A stretch of DNA of 64,000 bases, from positions 617,208 through 681,207 of the forward strand of contig CAYQEU010000001.1 of NCBI GenBank assembly GCA_964416765.1. The letters run 5' to 3'. Each line of letters opens with the position of its first letter. Within the stretch, counting starts at the first letter, position 1. Both the position numbers and the translations under genes were made by a program. Below, one piece after another: positions 45,259 to 54,394 of this stretch. A model generated the notes under the pieces. That model had not been told where the DNA came from and did no database searches. It was given only the letters and a program-made list of their open reading frames with translations. Source of the stretch: an uncultured Candidatus Saccharibacteria bacterium. Its GTDB lineage: Bacteria > Patescibacteriota > Doudnabacteria > UBA920.

Positions 45259-46776
45259 ATGTCTACTTTAACCGACCAAAAGAAGATAGGGGCCTCCATT
45301 ACTGAGATCCGCGAACTCCAGGGCATGACCCAAAAACAGCTTGCTACTGCCCTTAAAACCAGCCAAAGCGCCGTGGCGCGCATGGAAAATGGCCAGCAGA
45401 ACTTTACCACCGAGATGCTGAACAAAATCTCCAAAGTCCTGCGCCAGCAGATCATAACCCTGGGCGAATCCCAGAGCGTTAAGATCGAAGGTGGGGCTCC
45501 CCTGTCCGGCAGCATTACCGTTAACACTTCCAAGAACGCGGCGGTGGCTTTGTTGTGCGCGTCCCTCCTGAACCGCGGAAAAACCACTTTGCGCCACGTT
45601 CCGAAAATTGAGGAAGTTCACCGCATCATTGAAGTGCTTACTTCCATTGGCGTATCGGTGAAATGGGATGGGAGTGACCTGGAAATCCAGCGCCCGGCTA
45701 AACTCAACCTCGACAACATAGACAAAGAAGCCGCGGTAAAGACCCGCAGTGTCCTCTTAATGCTTGGCCCGCTGAGCCACCTGTTTACGGAATTCCGCCT
45801 GCCTTTAGCCGGTGGCTGTAAACTCGGTGAGCGCACCGTGCGCCCGCATTTGTTCGCCCTGGAAAAGATGGGCGTAAAGATTAAAGCACACCATGACTAC
45901 TACCAAGTCAGCCGCAAGCGAATGAAGGCCGCGGAAATTGTCCTTTATGAATCAGGTGATACCGTAACCGAAAACGCCATTATGGCTGCCGCGCGCATTC
46001 CGGGCAAAACCACTATCAAAATGGCTTCCTCCAACTACATGGTCCAGGACCTGTGCCACTTCCTGCAGCTGCTGGGCGTAAAAATCGAAGGCATCGGCAG
46101 CAATACTTTGACCATTACCGGAAAGTCTAAACTCGAAAAGAACGTAATTTACTCCCTGAGCGAAGACCCGATTGAAGCCATGATGTTCCTGTCCCTGGCT
46201 GCAACCACCAACTCTGCTTTAACCATTAAACGCTGCCCGATTGATTTCCTGGAACTGGAACTTCTGAAGCTGGAAAAGATGGGCTGGAAGTTTAAGGTGG
46301 GCAAAAGCTACAAGAGCCGGAACAACTTTACGAACCTTGTGGATATTCAGACATTCAAGTCGCCCCGACTGAAAGCTCTGGAAGAAAAAATCTACGCCCG
46401 TCCCTTCCCTGGCTTAAATATAGACAATCTGCCATTCTTCGTGCCGGTTGCCACCCGAGCCAAGGGAACTACCCTTATCCACGACTGGGTTTACGAAACC
46501 CGCGCCCTCTACTATATGGAACTTGAGAAGCTGCGCGCTAACATAATCTTGGCGGACCCGCACCGGGTTTACATTGAAGGACCCACTGAACTCCGCGCCG
46601 CTGACATTGTTTGCCCGCCAGCCCTTCGCCCCGCTTCTATCATTCTAATTGCAATGATAGCCGCACGAGGAACATCCACCCTCTCCAACATCTATTCGAT
46701 AAATCGGGGTTACGAAAACCTTATTGAACGGTTGAAGTCCATTGGGGCAAAGATTGAAGTAGTGTACGGATTGTAA
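45259..46776 (+). CDS. murA: UDP-N-acetylglucosamine 1-carboxyvinyltransferase fused to an N-terminal XRE-family HTH domain
   Basis: N-terminus ITEIRELQGMTQKQLATALKTSQSAVARMENGQQNFTTEMLNKISKVL (HTH_XRE). MurA core: KIEGGAPLSGSITVNTSKNAAVALLCASLL, catalytic Cys in LAGGCKLGERTVRPH, C-terminal NRGYENLIERLKSIGAKIEVV. The alternative upstream ATG at 45172 would add 29 aa. Confidence 0.8.
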   Translation: MSTLTDQKKIGASITEIRELQGMTQKQLATALKTSQSAVARMENGQQNFTTEMLNKISKVLRQQIITLGESQSVKIEGGAPLSGSITVNTSKNAAVALLCASLLNRGKTTLRHVPKIEEVHRIIEVLTSIGVSVKWDGSDLEIQRPAKLNLDNIDKEAAVKTRSVLLMLGPLSHLFTEFRLPLAGGCKLGERTVRPHLFALEKMGVKIKAHHDYYQVSRKRMKAAEIVLYESGDTVTENAIMAAARIPGKTTIKMASSNYMVQDLCHFLQLLGVKIEGIGSNTLTITGKSKLEKNVIYSLSEDPIEAMMFLSLAATTNSALTIKRCPIDFLELELLKLEKMGWKFKVGKSYKSRNNFTNLVDIQTFKSPRLKALEEKIYARPFPGLNIDNLPFFVPVATRAKGTTLIHDWVYETRALYYMELEKLRANIILADPHRVYIEGPTELRAADIVCPPALRPASIILIAMIAARGTSTLSNIYSINRGYENLIERLKSIGAKIEVVYGL

Positions 46777-46791
46777 ACTGAATTGTTAGTT

Positions 46792-46818
46792 AAAGCGCGC
46801 CAGAACGGCGCGCTTTTT
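46792..46818. terminator. Bidirectional rho-independent terminator
   Basis: aaagcgcgcc-agaac-ggcgcgcttt followed by tt. Confidence 0.85.
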
Positions 46819-46820
46819 GA

Positions 46821-47009
46821 CTACTTGCAAATATCTTCCAAGGCCGATCTTCGGAAGCGGCGGTCTTTCCGCGTCCCAATCCGTACCGCTTGGATTTTTC
46901 CCTCCCTTTCCCAATTCCTGAGGGTATTTGGGTGAACATTAATCATCATTGCCGCTTGCCTGAGGGTGAGGAGGGAGGAAATTTGGCTTGCCGTGTCTGT
47001 TTTTGTCAT
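46821..47009 (-). CDS. Small excisionase/MerR-like HTH DNA-binding protein
   Basis: LLTLRQAAMMINVHPNTLRNWEREGKIQAVRIGTRKDRRFRRSALE, the HTH_17/excisionase-family pattern. 62 aa. Confidence 0.6.
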   Translation of the reverse strand: MTKTDTASQISSLLTLRQAAMMINVHPNTLRNWEREGKIQAVRIGTRKDRRFRRSALEDICK

Positions 47010-47097
47010 GCGATATGGCAGTTAATAATCTGAAAATAGCTTACTACTAAGTTAGTTAAGTAAAATCAAATAAATTCTAAAATTTTTATAAATTTTG

Positions 47098-47125
47098 TTG
47101 ATATATTGATGATTTAAGCTATAAT
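47098..47125 (+). promoter_or_regulatory. Sigma-70-type promoter for the response regulator / histidine kinase operon
   Basis: TTGATA (47098-47103), 16-nt spacer, TATAAT (47120-47125). Confidence 0.55.
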
Positions 47126-47154
47126 GATTTTGTTGTCATTCATTAACACCAATT

Positions 47155-47829
47155 ATGAGATTACTGGTAATAGAGGATCACCCCGAACTGCAGTTAATGC
47201 TCAAGCATAATTTGGAGGATTTAGGGTTTTCCGTGGATGCTACAGATTTGGGAAAGAAGGGCTCTTTTATGGCAAGGACCACTGACTATGATGCCATAGT
47301 CCTCGACTATATTTTGCCGGATCAGCAGGGCAATGAAATATGCCGGGAGATAAGAAAGTCCGGCACAGGATCCCCTATCCTAGTGGTTTCGGCCAAGTCA
47401 TCCACCCAGGACAAGTTGGAACTGTTTAACGCTGGCGCGGATGACTATATCACCAAGCCATTTTCCTTTGAGGAACTGACCGCGCGGATTCACGCCCTAT
47501 TACGCAGACCCAGCCATTGGCAGGGTCAAATATTAAAAATCGATAACCTCGAACTGGATGCTAAAAAATATAAAGTTACCCGGGGAGGAAAAAATATTAA
47601 CTTAACCCGCAAGGAATTTGGTTTGCTGGAATTCTTGCTTAGTAACCAAGGCTCGGTTATGCCGCGAGGAGCTATCCTAGAGCATGTGTGGGACATCAAC
47701 GTAAACATATTCTCCAATACCATTGAAACCCATATTTTGAACTTAAGGAGAAAAATAGACGTTCCCGGAGAGACCAAGCTCATTCATACTTTCTCGGGAC
47801 GTGGGTACAAAATTGACATAAAGAGATGA
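47155..47829 (+). CDS. OmpR-family two-component response regulator
   Basis: Receiver (LLVIEDHPEL..IVLDYILPD..K) plus winged-helix trans_reg_C (LTRKEFGLLEFLLSNQGSVMPRGAILEHVW). Confidence 0.9.
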   Translation: MRLLVIEDHPELQLMLKHNLEDLGFSVDATDLGKKGSFMARTTDYDAIVLDYILPDQQGNEICREIRKSGTGSPILVVSAKSSTQDKLELFNAGADDYITKPFSFEELTARIHALLRRPSHWQGQILKIDNLELDAKKYKVTRGGKNINLTRKEFGLLEFLLSNQGSVMPRGAILEHVWDINVNIFSNTIETHILNLRRKIDVPGETKLIHTFSGRGYKIDIKR

Positions 47830-48944
47830 TAATTAGCCAGGCTTTTGCACATTTGAAATGGATGTGGCCCGCCATTAGGGAAGAAAGGCTCCGCCTGGCG
47901 TCATACCTAATAATTGCCATTTATTTTGGTGTGATTATCTATGGTGCTGTTACCAGCCCATTGAATTTCCCAATTGTGTGGTTAAACTACTTTTTGCTGA
48001 TTGTCCTGAGCGGTGCCCTAATCGGTCCCCGTTTTGGTGTTATCATGTCATGCTTTCTGAACTTGTCGTTGGCTGGACTTTCCTACTTTGAATACGGAAC
48101 GGAAAGAGCATTGCCCCTCATGGCTACGGGGACAATAATTGCCGCCGTGGCCTGGATAACCAACAAGGAAATCAGAGAAGAGCGTGACCGGCTTGAAGAA
48201 AAAGTTTTGCAAAGGACCGAGGAGCTCCGCAATCTTCAAATAGTGAGGATAGCGGAATTACACCAGGCCGCGGAGAATGGCAAGATTGCAGCCGGATACT
48301 TCCATGATCTGATGAGCCCTCTGACCGCCCTTTCACTGGCAATACAAAACCTGGCCCGACAAAAAGTCATGGATACAGAGCCTCTGAACCATAGCTTATG
48401 GGAAGCGCTCGCGGTTAGTAAAAAGATGCAGGAATTTATTAATCTCATGCGAAGACAATTGGAACGACGGCAGCCAAAACTATTCTGCGCAAACCATGAA
48501 ATTAAGCAAATTATTGATCTTTTGTCCTACCGCGCGAAAAGGCACGGTATCGAAATAAAATTTGAACCAAATGAAGAAATTAACTGTGAAGGAAATATTT
48601 TGCAATTCCAGCAGGTAACCAGCAATTTGGTAAATAACGCGATCGACGCGTTAGAAAACCTGCCTAAAAATAACAAAACAGTAACAATAAAACTGGAGAA
48701 AGAGGAGGGCCAACTCGTACTCCAAGTTGAAGATAATGGTAGTGGAATACCTAAGAAGATTAAAAATAAGATTTTTAAAAATTTTGTTTCCTCAAAGACT
48801 AATGGGATGGGATTAGGGTTGGCTATAACAAAAAATATCGTGGAATTTGAATGGGGCGGAGCAATCAGCTTTAATACATCAGAAACCGGTACGCAGTTTA
48901 TAGTACGCGCCCACTACACTTCCAACTTCCATTTGACCCCATAG
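47826..48944 (+). CDS. Sensor histidine kinase (membrane)
   Basis: H-box YFHDLMSPLTAL. N, G1 and G2 boxes (NLVNNAIDA, DNGSGIP, GMGLGL). 2 N-terminal TM helices. 4-nt overlap with the RR gene. Confidence 0.85.
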   Translation: MIISQAFAHLKWMWPAIREERLRLASYLIIAIYFGVIIYGAVTSPLNFPIVWLNYFLLIVLSGALIGPRFGVIMSCFLNLSLAGLSYFEYGTERALPLMATGTIIAAVAWITNKEIREERDRLEEKVLQRTEELRNLQIVRIAELHQAAENGKIAAGYFHDLMSPLTALSLAIQNLARQKVMDTEPLNHSLWEALAVSKKMQEFINLMRRQLERRQPKLFCANHEIKQIIDLLSYRAKRHGIEIKFEPNEEINCEGNILQFQQVTSNLVNNAIDALENLPKNNKTVTIKLEKEEGQLVLQVEDNGSGIPKKIKNKIFKNFVSSKTNGMGLGLAITKNIVEFEWGGAISFNTSETGTQFIVRAHYTSNFHLTP

Positions 48945-49002
48945 CTTGTATTATCCTTCCTCAGGCGTATAATTAACCTATTATTGGCTTAAATATACGC
49001 AT

Positions 49003-49293
49003 ATGGCAGACCAAGCGTACCACAACCAGGAATATTACCGGAACCAACTGGAAAGAGAGGGGTTTTCGGATATCCGTGTGCGTACGGACGGCCCTGACAC
49101 CCACTATAAGCCTCATACCCACGACAATATAGTCGCTCACATTATCCTCGAGGGCCACATGCGGGTTGAGTGGGATAACAAAGTCCTTATCCTCCACCCG
49201 GGCGACCGCTGGGATGTCCCGGCAAGCGTAGTCCACGAAGCTGAAATCGGCGGCAATGGCTGCATGTATATGATCGGAGAAAAAGCACCGTGA
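49003..49293 (+). CDS. Cupin-domain protein
   Basis: 96 aa, cupin_2-like His-containing barrel motifs (HTHDNIVAHIILEGHMRVEWD). Confidence 0.6.
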   Translation: MADQAYHNQEYYRNQLEREGFSDIRVRTDGPDTHYKPHTHDNIVAHIILEGHMRVEWDNKVLILHPGDRWDVPASVVHEAEIGGNGCMYMIGEKAP

Positions 49294-50036
49294 GGTTAGC
49301 CCGAACCCGTTTCGCCAAAGATATAGTTGCCGAATACTACCAACCGAAAAAACCAAGTACCGAGGTAATAATAATTTGCAGTGGCATGCCCGGCATGCCG
49401 ACCAGCCAAAGGCTCGTTGAATTCTACGGTAAGAAAGGTTACTGGGTCTTTTACCCGCGCTACCGCGGCAGTTGGGAAAGCGGTGGCAAATTCCTCAGAC
49501 TATCACCGCACCAGGATATCCTGGACATCATTGACCAGCTCCCGCGCGGGTTTGCCGACAGTTTTACCAGAAAAAAATACAAAGTTAAGCCCTCTCAAAT
49601 TTATTTGATTGGGGGCAGCTTCGGCGGTCCCGCCATGATCCTGGCCTCACTGGACAAACGGGTTACCAAAGTAGTTGCGCGGGCAGCCGTGGTGGACTGG
49701 CTTGCCCCCAGCAAGGACGAGCCGCTCGACTGGCTGGAAAAATTCGTTATCGAGGCATTTGGGCAAGCCTACCGTTTTGACCACAAGGACTGGCTAAAAC
49801 TTTCCAACGGCAAGTTCTATAACCCGGCGGCGTACCAAAATAAAATAGACGGCAAAAAACTGCTACTAATCCACGCCAAAGACGACCGCATAGTGCACTA
49901 CAAAGAAGTTAAGCAGTTTGCCGCCAAAACTGGCGCCAAGCTCATCACTCTTGCCAAAGGCGGCCATCTTTCCTCCGACCTGCTCATGAAGCCGCGCTAC
50001 CATAAGATTGTTACCAGATTTTTGAAAGCAAAATAA
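49290..50036 (+). CDS. Alpha/beta-hydrolase fold protein
   Basis: Nucleophile elbow GGSFGG (GxSxG). C-terminal His in HAKDDRIVH. Confidence 0.7.
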   Translation: MRLARTRFAKDIVAEYYQPKKPSTEVIIICSGMPGMPTSQRLVEFYGKKGYWVFYPRYRGSWESGGKFLRLSPHQDILDIIDQLPRGFADSFTRKKYKVKPSQIYLIGGSFGGPAMILASLDKRVTKVVARAAVVDWLAPSKDEPLDWLEKFVIEAFGQAYRFDHKDWLKLSNGKFYNPAAYQNKIDGKKLLLIHAKDDRIVHYKEVKQFAAKTGAKLITLAKGGHLSSDLLMKPRYHKIVTRFLKAK

Positions 50037-50060
50037 AACCCGCCGGTTAGACGGGTTTTT
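50034..50060. terminator. Bidirectional hairpin terminator
   Basis: aaacccg-ccggttaga-cgggttt followed by tt. Convergent with the rpoD stop. Confidence 0.65.
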
Positions 50061-50063
50061 GAT

Positions 50064-51431
50064 TTAGTAATCGCGTAGCTTGTGGATGTCTACGTGTTCC
50101 TTGATGCGTTCCAAAGCCTTGGCTTCAATTTGACGGATGCGTTCGCGGGTAACCCCGAACTCTTCGCCCACTTCTTCCAAAGTGTGGGTCACCCCGTCTT
50201 CGAGACCAAAGCGCAGCTTCAGAATCTTTTGTTCACGGGGGTCGAGGTCTCGCAAGATGTCCTGGACATACTCTTTAAGCAACTGGCGGCCAGCCATTTC
50301 GGTCGGCTTCGGTCGGTCATCATCCTCAATGAAATCAGCCAGGTAGGAGCCTTCTTCGTCACTCTCTTCGCCTACCGGCGCGTCAATGGAAACGGTTTCC
50401 TGGGAAATCTTCTTCAAGTGATAGACCTTTTCAACATCCACGCCCATCTCAGCGGCAATTTCTTCCGGCAACGGTTCACGGCCCAAATCCTGGACGAGCT
50501 GGCGTTCCGCCTGAGCGTACTTATTCAACGTTTCAACCATGTGCACTGGAATACGGATGGTGCGGGATTGGTCAGCCAAAGCGCGGGTTATGGCCTGGCG
50601 GATCCACCAGGTCGCGTAAGTGGAAAACTTGTAGCCTTTGCGCCAATCAAATTTTTCGACGGCGCGGAACAACCCCAGGTTCCCTTCCTGAATAAGGTCG
50701 AGGAGGCCCAGGTTACGGCCCATGTACTTTTTGGCAATGGATACAACCAAACGAAGGTTGGCTTCGGTCAGCTTCTTGCGGGCAGCTTCATCGCCTTTGC
50801 CAATGCGCTTGGCCAGTTCAATTTCTTCGGCTCCGGTAATAAGGGCGACCTTACCGATTTCACGGAGGTACATCTGGATGGAGTCATCATAGATATCCTG
50901 CAGGTCAAAACCGCCCATGGTTTCTTCCTTCTTCTTCCGACCTTCGTCAGTTTCTTCGGCGGCAATGCGCCCCTGCTCCCAAACACTGGAAACTTCCTGG
51001 TCAACAATTTCAATACCGGATTTTTCAAGGTCATCCATTACGCTTTCAAGCGCATCAATATCATCTTCCAGGTGCGGGAAGGTATGCAAAATTTCGGCTT
51101 CCGTGACAAAGCCACGAGCCTTACCTTTTTTGATGAGCTCCTTTAAAGCGGCGCGGGTTTCTTCAGAATGCTCAACCGGAGCGGCCTTCTTTCTTCCCGG
51201 TCGGCCCTTGCCGGACTTGGCGGCGCGCTCGGAAGCTTTTGCCGCTATTTTTTTACGGGAACTAATTCCCGGCTTTGGAGCGGGTTTGGTTGCTTTAGCC
51301 TTAGCCTTTGGTTTAGCCGCAGGCTTGGTTTTGACAGTTTTCTTGGCCTTGGTTGGCGCCTTAGCGGCCTTTTTCGGGGCAGCTTTTTTGGCCGGTCTTC
51401 CGGCCGTTTTTTTCTTCAATTTGGTTGCCAT
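50064..51431 (-). CDS. rpoD: Primary RNA polymerase sigma factor (sigma-70) with Lys/Ala/Pro-rich histone-H1-like N-terminal extension
   Basis: [29 protein letters not shown] (region 2.4/3), region 4 HTH. N-terminus [30 protein letters not shown]... Confidence 0.95.
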   Translation of the reverse strand: MATKLKKKTAGRPAKKAAPKKAAKAPTKAKKTVKTKPAAKPKAKAKATKPAPKPGISSRKKIAAKASERAAKSGKGRPGRKKAAPVEHSEETRAALKELIKKGKARGFVTEAEILHTFPHLEDDIDALESVMDDLEKSGIEIVDQEVSSVWEQGRIAAEETDEGRKKKEETMGGFDLQDIYDDSIQMYLREIGKVALITGAEEIELAKRIGKGDEAARKKLTEANLRLVVSIAKKYMGRNLGLLDLIQEGNLGLFRAVEKFDWRKGYKFSTYATWWIRQAITRALADQSRTIRIPVHMVETLNKYAQAERQLVQDLGREPLPEEIAAEMGVDVEKVYHLKKISQETVSIDAPVGEESDEEGSYLADFIEDDDRPKPTEMAGRQLLKEYVQDILRDLDPREQKILKLRFGLEDGVTHTLEEVGEEFGVTRERIRQIEAKALERIKEHVDIHKLRDY

Positions 51432-51441
51432 GCGTTAAAAA

Positions 51442-53205
51442 TTAAAGTTGGTTCTCCAACTGGATTCTTTGGTTGGTTAAAGCGGCAAACTGGCGATTCA
51501 AATCATTCAGCAGATTTGCATCACCTGAGCTTTGCGCCTTATTAATGTGTACTGTAAGGTCTTGTAGCTGACGTTTGAGGTGCGTAAGTTTTATGAGGTT
51601 AGCGCTTTTTTCGAGATCGCGCAGATAAACGTTACGGTCGTTAGCTACTTCATCTAGTCCTGATTCTACCATAAAAATGGCTTCTTTGGCTAGGGTATCG
51701 GTGGCATTATCATAGGTCATTTCCCCGGCCAAAACCTGGGCCACTAGGGGGCGCAAATCCTCCCCAAAAGCCTCGGCCGGGAGGCCCTCGGTGCGCACGG
51801 TGCCCAGAAATTCAGGAAAAGTCAGCATTCCACCCAAAATCTGCTTTTCGGTCAAAAGCTGGGGATTCGCGGGGGCGGTTATAATTGTCGCCGGGGCGGT
51901 CTTAGGAGTATCCCCCTGCTGGGGTTTGCTGGCGGCGTCTCTAACCACGCGCTCGGAAATACCAAACTTTTCGCTCAGCTTCTTTACGTAGTGATCCTGC
52001 TCCACGGGATTGGAAATATAGTAGAGCAGTGGAATTACCAGTTCATTCAAATACTGCTTCTGTTCCAGAGAGCCTGATTCAAAATTGTCCGCGGCTTGGT
52101 TGAGGTAAAAATCAACAAACCATACCGCTTCCTTCACTGCTTTCTGCCACATACCGGGTGAGCTGCGAATCAAGTCATCCGGGTCTTTTGCTTTGCCTTC
52201 GCCCCGCTCGAGTATTATTACCTTTACGGCGAATCCCATTTGCAGGGCCAGCTTGCCTGCGCGCTGGGTGGCCGCAATTCCGGCGGAGTCCGCGTCAAAG
52301 CAAAACTTCAATTGCTTGGTAAGACGGGATAGCAACCGCAAATGGTCTTCTGTCAGAGCGGTGCCCGATGTAGCCACAGTATTGGTAAACCCTGCCTGGT
52401 GGGCCTGGATGACGTCCATTTGCCCCTCAACAATAACTACTTCATTAGCCTTACGGATTGCCTCTTTGGCGAAGTTCAGGCCGAACATTACCTTGCTCTT
52501 GTTGTAGATCGCGGTTTCGGGAGAATTTACGTATTTAGCGGCGTCGGTTTCACCTCCCGGCAAGATGCGGGCGGAGAACCCCACCACGTCACCGCGGTAA
52601 TTGAAGATCGGAAAGGTAATCCGGTTCCGGAAACGGTCAAAAGTTTGGCCGCGTTCGGACTTTGACGCTACCCCCGCCGCCTGCATCCGCTCAAAACTGA
52701 TTTTCTTTTCCGACAACAACTTTTGCAGGAAATCAAACTGGTTAGGCGCGAAACCGATTCGCCACAACTCGATGGTCTGCTCCGACAACCCCCGGTCTTT
52801 TAGGTATTGGCGGGCGTTTTCGGCCCCTGGTTGCGTATTTAGAAAGCGGTGGTAAACTTCCGCCGCGAAGGAGTTTACACGTAATAAATCGTCTGTGACG
52901 TCAGCTTGTTTCGGTTGGTAGACGGGCAATTGCACTCCAGCGCGGTCGGCCAGCAATTCCAGGGTTTCGCGGAAATCCAAATTTTCATAGCGCATGACAA
53001 ACCCGAACACATCCCCGCCTTCGCCGCAGCCAAAGCAGTGCCAGATTTGTTTCTGGGGCGACACCATCAAGCTTGCCGTGCGCTCACCATGAAAAGGGCA
53101 GACAGCCTTGTAGTTGGTGCCGCTTTTTTTCAACTCTATATAACCGCCGATAACCTCAGTGAGATTCAACCGGTCTTTAATGTCATTTATTACCTGGTCC
53201 GCCAT
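51442..53205 (-). CDS. dnaG: DNA primase
   Basis: Zinc ribbon CPFHGERTASLMVSPQKQIWHCFGCGEGGDVFGF, TOPRIM domain. Immediately upstream of rpoD. Confidence 0.95.
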   Translation of the reverse strand: MADQVINDIKDRLNLTEVIGGYIELKKSGTNYKAVCPFHGERTASLMVSPQKQIWHCFGCGEGGDVFGFVMRYENLDFRETLELLADRAGVQLPVYQPKQADVTDDLLRVNSFAAEVYHRFLNTQPGAENARQYLKDRGLSEQTIELWRIGFAPNQFDFLQKLLSEKKISFERMQAAGVASKSERGQTFDRFRNRITFPIFNYRGDVVGFSARILPGGETDAAKYVNSPETAIYNKSKVMFGLNFAKEAIRKANEVVIVEGQMDVIQAHQAGFTNTVATSGTALTEDHLRLLSRLTKQLKFCFDADSAGIAATQRAGKLALQMGFAVKVIILERGEGKAKDPDDLIRSSPGMWQKAVKEAVWFVDFYLNQAADNFESGSLEQKQYLNELVIPLLYYISNPVEQDHYVKKLSEKFGISERVVRDAASKPQQGDTPKTAPATIITAPANPQLLTEKQILGGMLTFPEFLGTVRTEGLPAEAFGEDLRPLVAQVLAGEMTYDNATDTLAKEAIFMVESGLDEVANDRNVYLRDLEKSANLIKLTHLKRQLQDLTVHINKAQSSGDANLLNDLNRQFAALTNQRIQLENQL

Positions 53206-53746
53206 CTCGGTAAAATTCGTGTGCTTTCTTAGTTACTTGGCTTAGCTCATCAAAAAAAGGAAGGTTGGCCGTCGAGAGAATAGACAGACGCCGCAAGTCG
53301 AATTCAATCTGCCGTTCCCACAATTTCCATAAACGAAAACCGTTGCGTTCTTCTTCAATCATGCTGTAGCGGTTAGCCAAAAGGTCTGCCCCGCTAACCG
53401 CCTTGGCCTCTTCGGGCGCGGTTTCCAAATGGTCCAAATAAGCAATCTTCTTCTGTTCGTAAGGCAAATCTGCGTTTTCAGAAACATCCTGAACCCAATC
53501 AGCGATCTGCTCTCCAAACTTCTCTTTGATATCGTCGTAACCGAATTCCGTGTCTTCTATTACATCATGGAGTATCCCTGTTGTGGCAACATCCTCGCTG
53601 TAACCGGCCTTCCACAAAATCATCCCGACCGCGGCCGGATGGGAAATGTAAGGGATATTGCTCGGTCCCTTGCGCAGCTGGTTGCGGTGGGCAATGCTGG
53701 CGAAATGCAGGGCCGAGAGTAGTTTTTCTCCCAAAAATAGCTCCAT
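53183..53746 (-). CDS. HD-domain phosphohydrolase of the RelA/SpoT type (small alarmone hydrolase-like)
   Basis: HRNQLRKG...YISHPAAVGMIL...ILHDVIEDT, the HD_4 motif set. 23-nt overlap with the dnaG start. Confidence 0.7.
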   Translation of the reverse strand: MELFLGEKLLSALHFASIAHRNQLRKGPSNIPYISHPAAVGMILWKAGYSEDVATTGILHDVIEDTEFGYDDIKEKFGEQIADWVQDVSENADLPYEQKKIAYLDHLETAPEEAKAVSGADLLANRYSMIEEERNGFRLWKLWERQIEFDLRRLSILSTANLPFFDELSQVTKKAHEFYRDGGPGNK

Positions 53747-53783
53747 ATCACTGTTATCTTAGCAAAGTTTAACTATATTAAAC

Positions 53784-53815
53784 AAAGCGCCCCAAGTGGG
53801 GCGCAGTACAATTTT
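53784..53815 (-). terminator. Terminator downstream of tRNA-Ser (minus strand)
   Basis: gcgcccc-aagt-ggggcgc. The minus-strand reading gives the hairpin then tttgttt. Confidence 0.6.
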
Positions 53816-53818
53816 TCA

Positions 53819-53908
53819 TGGCGGAGAAGGGGGGATTCGAACCCCCGAACCCTTTGACAGGTTACTCGCTTTCCAAGCGAGCGCACTAGACCACTATGCG
53901 ACCTCTCC
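53819..53908 (-). tRNA. tRNA-Ser (anticodon GGA), long variable arm, CCA encoded
   Basis: Reverse complement GGAGAGGTCGCATAGTGGTCTAGTGCGCTCGCTTGGAAAGCGAG..GGGGGTTCGAATCCCCCTTCTCCGCCA. Anticodon loop ttGGAaa. Confidence 0.85.
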
Positions 53909-53986
53909 AAGTCGGTTTATTTTAACATTTCCGGGGATTTTTTTCCAGGCCTGAATCAGCTATAATTAGGCTAATAAACCCCAAAT

Positions 53987-54394
53987 ATGGCAAACGAAAT
54001 CACCCTTCAGGTTGGCGTAAAAGCCCTTCTGAAAAACAGCCAAGGCAAGTACCTCCTCCGCCGGAACCCGGAAAAATACCCCGAAGTCGGCGCCAAGTGG
54101 GATATTGTCGGCGGCCGTATATCCCCCACTCACCCGCTAATGGACAACCTGCAAAGGGAAATCCGGGAAGAGACCGGCCTCGAGCTCACCAGCATTCCCA
54201 CCCTCATCGCCGCCCAAGACATTATAAAACCGGACAAGCATGTCGTACGGCTGACTTACCTCGGTGAAATTGACGGGGAACCGGTTCTGGATGATGAGCA
54301 CGTGGAGTATGGCTGGTTCACCCCGGAAGAAATCCGCGGCATGGAAAACCTCGACCGCTACCTCAACGAAGCAATTACAAACTTGGACCTTTAA
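53987..54394 (+). CDS. NUDIX hydrolase
   Basis: Nudix box GGRISPTHPLMDNLQREIREETGLE (Gx5Ex7REUxEExGU). Confidence 0.85.
   Translation: MANEITLQVGVKALLKNSQGKYLLRRNPEKYPEVGAKWDIVGGRISPTHPLMDNLQREIREETGLELTSIPTLIAAQDIIKPDKHVVRLTYLGEIDGEPVLDDEHVEYGWFTPEEIRGMENLDRYLNEAITNLDL

Noticed and set aside
50082-51438. Plus-strand ORFs (354 aa, 173 aa) antisense to rpoD
   Set aside because: rpoD on the minus strand has unmistakable sigma-70 motifs; the antisense ORFs are low-complexity artefacts.
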